The notes: generated by a model not told the origin, from the sequence alone. A stretch of 32,000 nt of DNA from Mycobacterium tuberculosis H37Rv (GCF_000195955.2 NC_000962.3:1380001-1412000), one strand, 5' to 3'; numbered from the stretch's first letter, positions 19,970 to 29,442 are shown. Numbers and translations are program-made.

Positions 19970-21661
19970 ATGGCCTTCCCGGAATATTCGCCTGCGGCGT
20001 CCGCTGCGACGTTTGCTGACCTGCAGATTCATCCCCGCGTCTTGCGGGCGATCGGCGACGTCGGTTACGAGTCACCGACGGCTATCCAGGCGGCTACGAT
20101 CCCGGCGTTGATGGCAGGCTCCGACGTGGTGGGGCTGGCGCAGACCGGCACCGGCAAGACGGCGGCATTTGCGATTCCGATGCTGTCCAAGATCGACATC
20201 ACCAGCAAGGTGCCCCAGGCGCTGGTGCTGGTGCCCACCCGGGAGCTGGCTCTGCAGGTGGCCGAGGCGTTCGGCCGCTACGGTGCCTATCTGTCGCAAC
20301 TCAACGTGCTGCCGATCTACGGCGGATCGTCGTATGCCGTGCAACTGGCCGGATTGAGACGCGGCGCGCAGGTGGTGGTTGGCACCCCCGGTCGTATGAT
20401 AGACCATCTCGAACGGGCGACCTTGGACCTGTCGCGGGTGGACTTTCTAGTGCTCGATGAGGCCGATGAGATGCTGACCATGGGTTTCGCCGACGACGTT
20501 GAGCGCATTCTGTCCGAGACCCCCGAATACAAGCAGGTCGCCCTGTTTTCCGCGACCATGCCGCCGGCGATCCGCAAACTCAGCGCCAAGTATCTGCACG
20601 ATCCGTTCGAAGTCACTTGTAAGGCGAAAACCGCTGTGGCCGAGAATATTTCGCAGAGCTACATTCAGGTAGCACGGAAGATGGACGCGCTCACCAGAGT
20701 GCTCGAAGTCGAGCCGTTCGAGGCGATGATCGTCTTTGTCCGCACCAAGCAGGCGACCGAGGAGATTGCCGAAAAGCTGCGTGCCCGAGGGTTTTCCGCG
20801 GCTGCCATCAGCGGTGACGTCCCGCAGGCGCAGCGGGAGCGGACCATCACGGCGCTGCGGGACGGCGACATCGATATCCTGGTCGCCACCGATGTGGCGG
20901 CGCGCGGACTCGACGTGGAGCGGATATCACACGTGCTTAACTACGACATCCCGCACGACACCGAGTCCTACGTACACCGGATCGGGCGCACCGGCAGGGC
21001 CGGGCGTTCGGGAGCCGCGCTGATATTCGTCTCGCCACGGGAGCTTCACCTGCTCAAGGCGATCGAAAAGGCTACGCGGCAAACGCTTACCGAGGCGCAA
21101 TTGCCCACCGTCGAGGATGTCAACACCCAGCGGGTGGCCAAGTTCGCCGATTCCATCACCAATGCGCTGGGCGGTCCGGGAATCGAGCTGTTCCGCCGAC
21201 TGGTCGAGGAGTATGAACGCGAGCATGATGTCCCGATGGCTGACATCGCCGCGGCACTGGCCGTGCAGTGCCGCGGCGGTGAGGCATTCCTGATGGCACC
21301 CGACCCGCCGCTTTCGCGGCGCAACCGCGACCAGCGTCGGGACCGTCCGCAAAGGCCCAAGCGTAGACCGGACTTGACCACCTACCGCGTCGCCGTCGGC
21401 AAGCGGCACAAGATCGGTCCAGGCGCCATCGTCGGCGCCATCGCCAATGAGGGTGGGCTGCACCGCAGCGACTTCGGTCAGATCCGTATCGGGCCAGACT
21501 TCTCGCTAGTAGAATTGCCGGCGAAGCTGCCCCGCGCGACGCTCAAAAAGCTTGCACAGACCCGTATCTCGGGTGTGCTGATCGACCTTCGGCCATACCG
21601 GCCGCCCGACGCGGCGCGCCGGCATAATGGCGGCAAACCACGGCGGAAACACGTCGGATGA
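19970..21661 (+). CDS. deaD: DEAD-box ATP-dependent RNA helicase
   Basis: 563 aa from ATG 19970. 'AQTGTGKTAAFAIPML', 'VLDEADEML', 'SATMP', 'HRIGRTGRAGRSG', C-terminal RRM-like DbpA/CsdA extension. Confidence 0.95.
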   Translation: MAFPEYSPAASAATFADLQIHPRVLRAIGDVGYESPTAIQAATIPALMAGSDVVGLAQTGTGKTAAFAIPMLSKIDITSKVPQALVLVPTRELALQVAEAFGRYGAYLSQLNVLPIYGGSSYAVQLAGLRRGAQVVVGTPGRMIDHLERATLDLSRVDFLVLDEADEMLTMGFADDVERILSETPEYKQVALFSATMPPAIRKLSAKYLHDPFEVTCKAKTAVAENISQSYIQVARKMDALTRVLEVEPFEAMIVFVRTKQATEEIAEKLRARGFSAAAISGDVPQAQRERTITALRDGDIDILVATDVAARGLDVERISHVLNYDIPHDTESYVHRIGRTGRAGRSGAALIFVSPRELHLLKAIEKATRQTLTEAQLPTVEDVNTQRVAKFADSITNALGGPGIELFRRLVEEYEREHDVPMADIAAALAVQCRGGEAFLMAPDPPLSRRNRDQRRDRPQRPKRRPDLTTYRVAVGKRHKIGPGAIVGAIANEGGLHRSDFGQIRIGPDFSLVELPAKLPRATLKKLAQTRISGVLIDLRPYRPPDAARRHNGGKPRRKHVG

Positions 21662-22809
21662 CCCTGCCCAAGGAAAGAGCCGCCCAGGGCGGACTCGAGC
21701 GGATCGCCCACGTGGACCGGGTGGCGTCGTTGACCGGGATCCGTGCTGTTGCCGCATTGCTGGTCGTCGGCACTCATGCGGCCTACACCACCGGCAAGTA
21801 CACCCACGGCTATTGGGGCCTGATGTCGTCCCGCATGGAGATCGGCGTTCCGATCTTTTTCGTGCTGTCGGGGTTCCTGCTATTCCGGCCATGGGTTAAG
21901 TCCGCCGCTACCGGCGGCCCCCCGCCGTCGTTGAGCCGCTATGCGTGGCACCGGGTCCGGCGGATCATGCCCGCCTACACCGTCACCGTTCTGTTGGCCT
22001 ACCTCGTCTATCACTTCCGCACGGCGGGGCCCAACCCCGGGCACACCTGGGTCGGGCTGTTCCGCAACCTCACCTTGACGCAGATCTATACCGACGGCTA
22101 TCTGGGTGCGTTCCTGCATCAGGGTCTGACCCAAATGTGGAGCCTCGCGGTGGAGGTTGCCTTCTACCTGGCGTTGCCGGCGTTGGCATACCTACTGTTG
22201 GTGCTCGTCTGCCGGCGGCGATGGCAGCCCAGGTTGCTGTTGGCCACCATGGCGGGGCTGACGATGATCAGCCCGGCATGGTTGATCCTGGTGCACAACA
22301 CGCACTGGATGCCCGACGGCGCTCGGCTGTGGCTACCCACCTATCTGGCTTGGTTCGTCGGCGGCATGATGCTGGCCGTGCTGGCGGCGATGGGCGTGCG
22401 CTGTTATGCATTCGTGGCCATACCGTTGGCGGTCATCTGCTACTTCATCGTCTCCACTCCGATCGCGGGCGCGCCCACGACGTCGCCCACAGCGCTGGCC
22501 GAGGCGCTGGTCAAGACCGCCTTCTATGCCGTGATCGCCGTGCTGGCGGTGGCACCGCTGGCCTTGGGTGACCAGGGGTGGTATGCCCAGTTGCTGGCCA
22601 GCCGGCCGATGGTGTTTCTTGGTGAGATCTCCTACGAGATCTTCCTGATCCATCTGGTGACCATGGAGATCGCCATGGTGGACGTGCTCGGGTATCGGGT
22701 TTACACCAGTTCGATGGTGAACCTTTGTCTCGTGACGCTGGTGCTGACGATCCCATTGGCGTGGTTGTTGCACCGTTTCACTCGGGTCCAGGGTGACCGG
22801 CCTTCCTAG
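21658..22809 (+). CDS. Acyltransferase 3 (OafA/YrhL-like) membrane protein
   Basis: 383 aa. 'IAHVDRVASLTGIRAVAALLVVGTHA', 'FFVLSGFLLFRPW', multiple TM. Start overlaps the deaD stop (ATGA). Rv1254. Confidence 0.9.
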   Translation: MTLPKERAAQGGLERIAHVDRVASLTGIRAVAALLVVGTHAAYTTGKYTHGYWGLMSSRMEIGVPIFFVLSGFLLFRPWVKSAATGGPPPSLSRYAWHRVRRIMPAYTVTVLLAYLVYHFRTAGPNPGHTWVGLFRNLTLTQIYTDGYLGAFLHQGLTQMWSLAVEVAFYLALPALAYLLLVLVCRRRWQPRLLLATMAGLTMISPAWLILVHNTHWMPDGARLWLPTYLAWFVGGMMLAVLAAMGVRCYAFVAIPLAVICYFIVSTPIAGAPTTSPTALAEALVKTAFYAVIAVLAVAPLALGDQGWYAQLLASRPMVFLGEISYEIFLIHLVTMEIAMVDVLGYRVYTSSMVNLCLVTLVLTIPLAWLLHRFTRVQGDRPS

Positions 22810-23386
22810 CGGCGGCAGAAGCAGGTGTCACGATCGGGACGACGAACTCCGCGATCATCGCTCGTTCGTCGGCTTCGTCACGGCCGGGGAACATCAGCAG
22901 CGATGTGAGCATCCGGACCACCCAGCGGGCGCGGCGTTCGACGGTGGTCGGATCGTCGGGACCTAGTGAGTTGAGGAATGCCGCGGCCAGGGCCGCGATC
23001 ACCTCGGACCGTCCGGCCATCTCGCCGCCGATCGGTGGGCGGGTGGTGGTAAACCACGCGGCCAACGCGGGGTTGTCGCGGACCATCCGCAACGTCGTGG
23101 TGATGCTCACCAGCAGCCGTTCGGCAGGTTCGACGACATCGGCGATCTTCACCATGATCTCGCGGCCGAGCCGGCGGGTCTCGCGGTGCACGTACGCGGT
23201 TCGCAGCGCCTCGCGGCTGTCGAAGTACCGATACAGTGTTGCGCGCGAACAGCCTGCGGCCTTGGCGATCTCGTTCATGCCGATCGACGCCGGGTCACGC
23301 TGCGTAAAGAGTCGCTCGGCGGCGTCGAGTATCCGATCTGCGGCTAACTCGGTCCGACGCGCGGACAGCCAGTCGGTACCCGCCAT
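22778..23386 (-). CDS. TetR-family transcriptional regulator
   Basis: 202 aa. N-terminal HTH 'RILDAAERLFTQRDPASIGMNEIAKAAGCSRATLYRYFDSREAL'. Start overlaps the cyp130 stop by 1 nt. Rv1255c. Confidence 0.93.
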   Translation of the reverse strand: MAGTDWLSARRTELAADRILDAAERLFTQRDPASIGMNEIAKAAGCSRATLYRYFDSREALRTAYVHRETRRLGREIMVKIADVVEPAERLLVSITTTLRMVRDNPALAAWFTTTRPPIGGEMAGRSEVIAALAAAFLNSLGPDDPTTVERRARWVVRMLTSLLMFPGRDEADERAMIAEFVVPIVTPASAAARKAGHPGPE

Positions 23387-24603
23387 CAGGATGTCACTCG
23401 GAACGGCACCGACAGCGGACGCCGGACATAACTGCCGCCGGACCACACGATGCGTGACTCGGCCACCTCGAAGTCCGGGCACCGGGCCAGCAGTTCGGTC
23501 AGCGCCACCCGGCATTGCATCCGGGCCGCGGCCGCACCCAGGCAGTGGTGGGCGCCGTGGCTGAAGGTCAAGATGTTGCGCGGGCACCGAGTGACATCGA
23601 GTTCGGCTGCGTCCGGGCCGTATTGGCGTTCGTCACGGTTGGCCGAGCCGTACAGCAGCAGCACCCGGCGACCGGCCGGGATGGTGGTGTCACCGATCGT
23701 GACGTCGCGCGTGGTTGTGCGCGCCAGCCCCTGCACCGGCGAGGTGAGCCGCAGCAGCTCCTCGACCGCGTCGGGGATGCCCTCTGGGTCATCCAGCAGC
23801 AGCCGGCGCTGGTCGGGCCGCCGGTGCAGCAACGGCATCGAACCGCCTAGCATGCCGGTGACGGTGTCGTTGCCGCCGGTGACCATGGTGAACGTGAACG
23901 CCAGTATGGACAGTGTGCCGGCGGTGTCGCCGTCGGCGCCGACCCCGGCGGCTACCAGGTGGGAGATGGCGTCGTCGGCGGGCTCGGTGCGGCGTCGCTC
24001 GATCAGCCCGGTGAAGTAGGCCATCATCGAGCCGACCGCGTCCAGTGCGCCGGTGGTGGCGCCGTCAACCGCGTTCGCCGCCACGATGGCCTGGGTCCAC
24101 CCGTCGAATTGCGTCCAATCCTCTTCGGGAACACCGAGATAGTGCGCCACCACCATCGACGGGAGCGGTTTGAATAGTTCGGTGACAATGTCGCCGCCAC
24201 CGTTGGCGCGCAGCTTTTCGAGCCGCTCAACGACGAACTTGCGCACCGTGGGCTCGACGGTTTCGACCTGTCGTGGCGTGAAGCCGCGCGACACCAGCTT
24301 GCGAAACTCGGTGTGGACCGGCGGATCCTGCATCACCATGGGCGGGGTGTCGTGCAGTCCAATCATTTCCAGCTCGCCGTAGTTAACGGTCAAGCCTTGC
24401 GCCGACGAGAACGTCTGATGGTCCCGCGCTGCCGACCAGACGTCGGCGTGCCGGGACAGCACGTAGTAGTCGTACTCGGGACGCTGCGGCGGGACGACGT
24501 GGTGCACCGGGTCGTGGTCGCGCAACGCGCGGTACATCGGCCACGGATTCGGCCAGGTTTCGGCGGTGGCGAGCTGGAATTCGTGAGACATTACTGATGT
24601 CAT
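23386..24603 (-). CDS. cyp130: Cytochrome P450
   Basis: 405 aa. I-helix 'VTGGNDTVTG', ExxR 'ELLRL', heme motif 'FSHGAHHCLGAAAAR'. Alternative start MSHEFQ at 24591. Confidence 0.95.
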   Translation of the reverse strand: MTSVMSHEFQLATAETWPNPWPMYRALRDHDPVHHVVPPQRPEYDYYVLSRHADVWSAARDHQTFSSAQGLTVNYGELEMIGLHDTPPMVMQDPPVHTEFRKLVSRGFTPRQVETVEPTVRKFVVERLEKLRANGGGDIVTELFKPLPSMVVAHYLGVPEEDWTQFDGWTQAIVAANAVDGATTGALDAVGSMMAYFTGLIERRRTEPADDAISHLVAAGVGADGDTAGTLSILAFTFTMVTGGNDTVTGMLGGSMPLLHRRPDQRRLLLDDPEGIPDAVEELLRLTSPVQGLARTTTRDVTIGDTTIPAGRRVLLLYGSANRDERQYGPDAAELDVTRCPRNILTFSHGAHHCLGAAAARMQCRVALTELLARCPDFEVAESRIVWSGGSYVRRPLSVPFRVTS

Positions 24604-24621
24604 GTCTTATGTCTAAGACAT
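24602..24621. promoter_or_regulatory. Candidate TetR-type operator ATGTCTTA-TGTC-TAAGACAT
   Basis: 8-bp perfect arms with 4-nt centre at the cyp130 start, overlapping the putative -10. Confidence 0.6.
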
Positions 24622-24638
24622 TCCATCGGTAATATCAA
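24610..24638 (-). promoter_or_regulatory. Candidate cyp130 promoter TTGATA-17 nt-TAGACA
   Basis: Minus-strand TTGATA (24633-24638), 17-nt spacer, TAGACA (24610-24615), 6 nt before ATG 24601-24603. Confidence 0.45.
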
Positions 24639-24716
24639 TCGGCGATTGTGAATCTGGTGACGCGACACGCCGAGGACGCGTCGTGCGGTTCACACTCGGC
24701 GGGACGTCGCGACGGA

Positions 24717-26084
24717 TCAGATCGCCGAGCCGGGATTGAGGATGCCCTGGGGGTCCAGCGCTTGCTTGATGCGCTGGTTGAGGGCCAGGACGTCGGGCCC
24801 GAGATAGCCGGCCAACCACGGCCGTTTCAACCGGCCCACGCCGTGTTCGCCGGTGATCGTGCCGCCCAGGCCGACGGCCAGGTCCATGATTTCGCCGTAC
24901 GCGAGGTGGGCGCGCTCTAGCATCGCGGCATCTGCGGGGTCGTACACCAGCAACGGGTGGGTATTGCCGTCCCCGGCGTGGGCGATCACCGAGATCATCA
25001 GATTCCGCTCCTCGGCGATGCGCGCAATCCCGGTGACCAGTTCGCCCAGTGCGGGCAGCGGTACCCCGACGTCCTCGAGCAGCAACGCCCCCTTGCTCTC
25101 GACCGCCGGAATGGCGAACCGCCGGGCCGCAATGAACGCCTCGCCCTCATCCGGGTCGTCGGTCGAAAACACGTCTATCGCACCGTTTTCGGCGAACACG
25201 GCGGCCATCACGGCGGCGTCTTCGGTGGCCGCGCGGCCACGTTCATCAGAACCAGCCACCAGCATGGCCGCCGCATCGCGGTCCAGGTCCATCCGCAAGG
25301 TGTCCTCGACGGCGTTGATCGCCACCGAATCCATGAACTCCAGCATCGCGGGGCGAAGTCGGCCGGTAACCCCGAGCACCGCATCGACCGCCGCCTGCAC
25401 CGAGCCGAAGCTGGCCACCACGATGCTCGATGCATTCTGTGCGGGCAGCAGTCGCAACGTCACCTCCGTGATGACGCCCAGCGTGCCTTCGCTGCCGACG
25501 AACAGTTTGGTCAGGGAAAGCCCGGCGACGTCCTTGAGCCGTGGGCCGCCCAGCCGGACCGCGGTGCCGTTGGCCAGCACAACCTGCATGCCCAGTACGT
25601 AGTCGCCTGTGACGCCGTACTTCACGCAGCACAGCCCGCCGGCGTTGGTGGCGATGTTGCCGCCGATGCTGCAGATCTCGAACGACGACGGATCCGGGGG
25701 ATACCACAGGCCGTGTTCGGCGGCGGCCTCCTTCACCTCGGCGTTGTACAGGCCGGGCTGGCACACTGCGGTGCGGGTGACCGGGTCGACGGTGATGTCG
25801 CGCATCTTTTCGGTGGACAGCACGATCCCGCCATCCAGGGCGGTCGCCCCGCCCGAAAGGCCGCTACCGGCTCCTCGGGTCACCACGGGCACCTGGTTCG
25901 CACTGGCCCAACGCAGCACCGTCTGCACCTCTTCGGTGCGCCGTGGCCGGATGATTGCCAGCGGTTTGCCGGCCGAAGGGTCAAAGGCCCGGTCTTGCCG
26001 GTAGCCGTCGGTGACGGCGGGGTCGGTGACCACCATCCCCTCGGGCAGCTCGGCCATCAGGCCAGCCAGCACATCGGTATTCAC
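24717..26084 (-). CDS. FAD-binding oxidase, GlcD/D-lactate dehydrogenase-like
   Basis: 455 aa from GTG 26082-26084. 'PVVTRGAGSGLSGGATALDGGIVL', C-terminal 'GEHGVGRLKRPWL'. Rv1257c. Confidence 0.92.
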   Translation of the reverse strand: MNTDVLAGLMAELPEGMVVTDPAVTDGYRQDRAFDPSAGKPLAIIRPRRTEEVQTVLRWASANQVPVVTRGAGSGLSGGATALDGGIVLSTEKMRDITVDPVTRTAVCQPGLYNAEVKEAAAEHGLWYPPDPSSFEICSIGGNIATNAGGLCCVKYGVTGDYVLGMQVVLANGTAVRLGGPRLKDVAGLSLTKLFVGSEGTLGVITEVTLRLLPAQNASSIVVASFGSVQAAVDAVLGVTGRLRPAMLEFMDSVAINAVEDTLRMDLDRDAAAMLVAGSDERGRAATEDAAVMAAVFAENGAIDVFSTDDPDEGEAFIAARRFAIPAVESKGALLLEDVGVPLPALGELVTGIARIAEERNLMISVIAHAGDGNTHPLLVYDPADAAMLERAHLAYGEIMDLAVGLGGTITGEHGVGRLKRPWLAGYLGPDVLALNQRIKQALDPQGILNPGSAI

Positions 26085-27340
26085 TGAGCCGATCCTACGG
26101 GCCGATCGATGTCCGCTTGGGGCGCCAGATCCAGTTCGCGCAGCGCGGGCAGCCGGATCGCGACCAGCCCGGTGCACACGATGGGCAGTGCCAACGCGAG
26201 AAACGTGGCATGCAGTCCAGCGGCGTCGGTCAGTGGACCGGCCAGCAACAGACCCAACGGGCCGGCGGCGTAGGCCAGCGACGTCATCACCCCGACTACC
26301 CGGCCGCGCAGATGCTGTGCTGCCCGCGTCTGTATCACGTAGTTATAGATCGGCTGGATGGGTCCGTACACCAGGCCGACCACCGCGCACAACACCATGA
26401 TGACCGGCAGTGGCGGCAGGAACGCGATGACCATCGATGCCAAACCCAGGGTAAGAACCGCGGTCGACATGGTCACGCGACGGGGAACGCGGATAGCCAA
26501 CACGGCATACCCCAGCGCTCCCACCAGGCCGCCGCCGGCGATCGCCATCAACGCCCAACCCAGCTGCACCGGTTGCTGGTGGTCGGTGAAGTATTTCGGG
26601 AACAGCACGCTCTCCATCGGCAGATACAGCGCGGTGACGGTCAGGTCAATCATCCCGAGGGTGCGCAATACCCGCAGGTTCCAGACGAAGCGCAGCCCCT
26701 CGGCGATCCCGGATACCAACCCTTGGGGCCGCGAGGTGTGGTGCGGCTTGCCGGCACCCTCGAGTTGCAGGGCGGCAATCGCGAGGATGGACAACCCGAA
26801 TGCCGTCGCGGTAATCCACATTGTGGTGATGCCGCCAACCGTCGCGATCATCAAGCCACCGATGGCCGGGCCGACAATAAAGGCCAGGTTGAGGATCGCC
26901 TCGTAGGCGCCGTTGATGCGGTCCAACGACCAGCCTGCCCGAGCGGCGGCCTCGGGCAGCATCGAGTCACGAGCCGTCATGCCTGCCGGGCCGAAGGCGG
27001 CCGCCAGGGCGGCCAATACGGCCAGCACCAGCACGTTGACCGCGTCGCCGCCGTACCCCCACGCCACCAGGGGGACGCCGGCCACCGCCGCACCCGACAG
27101 CGCATCGGCCACCATCGACACCCGGCGACGCCCGAAGTAGTCGACCGCGGTGCCGGCGACCAGCGTGGCGAACAACAGCGGCAGCATGGTCGCACTGGCC
27201 ACGATCGAGGCCTGCCCAGCGCTGCCCTCGCGCTGCAACACCAGCCACGGAAACGCGACTATCGAGACGCCATCACCCGCGGCCGCCATCAGCGTTGCGA
27301 ACAGGATCAGGAATGCCGGGCCGCGGTTGCTGTTTCTCAT
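26081..27340 (-). CDS. MFS multidrug efflux protein (Tap-like)
   Basis: 419 aa from ATG 27338-27340. '[34 protein letters not shown]', 12-TM MFS pattern. Rv1258c, known Tap family. Confidence 0.92.
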
Positions 27341-27354
27341 GAATATCGCGGCTG

Positions 27355-27392
27355 AATCTAGCGCCAAACCGGTATGGGGGCCACCGAATTTC
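27355..27392 (-). promoter_or_regulatory. Candidate Rv1258c promoter: AT-rich GAAATT upstream and -10-like TAGATT
   Basis: Minus-strand TAGATT (27355-27360) 14 nt before ATG; GAAATT (27387-27392) just upstream of the -35 position, the layout expected of WhiB7-dependent promoters. Confidence 0.35.
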
Positions 27393-27410
27393 TGCGCTGC
27401 CGCAGCCCGG

Positions 27411-28238
27411 ATGCAGGATGTTCGTGTGCTCATGCATCCGAAGACCGGCCGGGCGTTCAGGTCCCCGGTAGAGCCCGGTTCCGGCTGGCCAGGTGATCCG
27501 GCGACACCGCAGACCCCGGTGGCTGCCGATGCCGCGCAGGTGTCAGCGCTGGCCGGGGGCGCTGGCTCGATCTGCGAACTCAACGCGCTGATCAGCGTGT
27601 GCCGGGCGTGTCCCCGGCTGGTCAGTTGGCGTGAGGAGGTCGCCGTCGTCAAGCGCCGTGCCTTCGCCGACCAGCCCTACTGGGGGCGCCCGGTGCCGGG
27701 GTGGGGGTCGAAGCGGCCGCGGTTGCTGATCCTCGGGCTGGCGCCCGCCGCGCACGGGGCCAACCGGACCGGACGAATGTTCACCGGCGATCGGTCGGGA
27801 GATCAGCTTTATGCAGCACTGCATAGGGCCGGCCTGGTGAACTCACCGGTCAGCGTCGACGCCGCGGACGGGCTGCGGGCCAACCGGATTCGGATCACCG
27901 CACCGGTGCGGTGTGCGCCCCCGGGCAACTCGCCGACACCGGCCGAGCGGCTGACATGCTCACCCTGGCTAAATGCGGAATGGCGGCTGGTGTCCGATCA
28001 CATCCGTGCGATCGTCGCCCTCGGCGGGTTCGCCTGGCAGGTCGCGTTGCGCCTGGCGGGCGCGTCGGGGACACCCAAGCCGCGGTTCGGCCACGGCGTC
28101 GTTACCGAGCTGGGAGCCGGTGTGCGGCTACTGGGCTGCTACCACCCGAGCCAGCAGAATATGTTCACCGGTAGGTTGACTCCTACGATGCTCGACGACA
28201 TTTTCCGTGAGGCCAAGAAGCTGGCCGGGATTGAGTGA
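27411..28238 (+). CDS. udgB: Family 5 uracil-DNA glycosylase (Fe-S type); the longer annotated start at 27339 is possible
   Basis: '[22 protein letters not shown]', motif A '[25 protein letters not shown]', '[15 protein letters not shown]', 'CYHPSQQN'. The start given is my preferred MQDVRV. Confidence 0.85.
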
Positions 28239-28239
28239 C

Positions 28240-29358
28240 GTGAAGACGGTTGTGGTTTCCGGCGCCAGTGTGGCCGGTACGGCGGCGGCGTACTGGCTTG
28301 GGCGGCACGGCTATTCGGTAACGATGGTGGAGCGCCATCCCGGGCTGCGACCAGGGGGGCAGGCTATTGATGTCCGAGGTCCGGCGCTGGATGTGTTGGA
28401 ACGTATGGGGTTACTGGCAGCCGCCCAGGAACACAAGACGAGGATTCGGGGCGCCTCCTTCGTCGATCGTGACGGCAATGAGCTGTTCCGGGACACCGAA
28501 TCGACGCCCACCGGCGGTCCAGTCAACAGTCCCGATATCGAGCTGCTACGTGACGATCTTGTCGAATTGCTCTACGGGGCAACTCAACCCAGCGTTGAAT
28601 ACCTGTTCGACGACAGCATTTCCACATTGCAGGACGACGGCGACTCGGTGCGGGTGACCTTTGAGCGCGCGGCGGCCCGCGAGTTCGACCTCGTTATCGG
28701 TGCCGACGGACTGCATTCCAACGTGCGCAGGTTGGTTTTCGGTCCGGAGGAGCAGTTTGTCAAGCGATTAGGAACTCACGCGGCGATTTTTACCGTGCCC
28801 AACTTCCTGGAGTTGGACTACTGGCAGACCTGGCATTACGGTGACTCCACCATGGCTGGCGTTTACAGTGCGCGCAACAACACCGAAGCCCGCGCTGCAC
28901 TAGCCTTCATGGACACCGAACTGCGGATCGACTACCGCGACACCGAAGCTCAGTTCGCCGAACTGCAACGTCGGATGGCCGAGGACGGCTGGGTGCGCGC
29001 GCAACTGCTGCACTACATGCGCAGCGCACCGGATTTCTATTTCGACGAAATGTCGCAGATCCTGATGGATCGCTGGTCGCGGGGCAGGGTAGCGCTCGTT
29101 GGCGACGCTGGTTATTGCTGCTCGCCCTTGTCGGGGCAGGGGACCAGCGTCGCCCTGCTGGGTGCCTACATCCTGGCCGGCGAACTCAAGGCGGCCGGTG
29201 ACGACTACCAACTCGGATTCGCCAATTACCACGCCGAATTTCACGGCTTTGTCGAGCGCAACCAATGGTTGGTCAGCGACAACATCCCCGGTGGTGCGCC
29301 GATACCGCAGGAGGAGTTCGAACGAATCGTGCATTCCATCACGATCAAGGACTACTGA
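28240..29358 (+). CDS. FAD-dependent monooxygenase/oxidoreductase (PHBH-like)
   Basis: 372 aa, GTG start. 'TVVVSGASVAGTAAAYWLGRHGYSVTMVER', 'LVIGADGLHSNVR', 'VALVGDAGYCCSPLSGQGTSVALLGAY'. Rv1260. Confidence 0.93.
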   Translation: MKTVVVSGASVAGTAAAYWLGRHGYSVTMVERHPGLRPGGQAIDVRGPALDVLERMGLLAAAQEHKTRIRGASFVDRDGNELFRDTESTPTGGPVNSPDIELLRDDLVELLYGATQPSVEYLFDDSISTLQDDGDSVRVTFERAAAREFDLVIGADGLHSNVRRLVFGPEEQFVKRLGTHAAIFTVPNFLELDYWQTWHYGDSTMAGVYSARNNTEARAALAFMDTELRIDYRDTEAQFAELQRRMAEDGWVRAQLLHYMRSAPDFYFDEMSQILMDRWSRGRVALVGDAGYCCSPLSGQGTSVALLGAYILAGELKAAGDDYQLGFANYHAEFHGFVERNQWLVSDNIPGGAPIPQEEFERIVHSITIKDY

Positions 29359-29442
29359 GCGCCTTCACCCGGGCGCAGCCAGGATGGCGCTCGTCGGCCG
29401 CTTCACCGAACCTGAAGATCTGCAGACGAAGTACGAGTAGGG

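Noticed and set aside
24957-27355. Plus-strand ORFs of 376 aa and 412 aa opposite Rv1257c and Rv1258c
   Set aside because: Low-complexity G/Q/R/H composition and no motifs; shadow ORFs.
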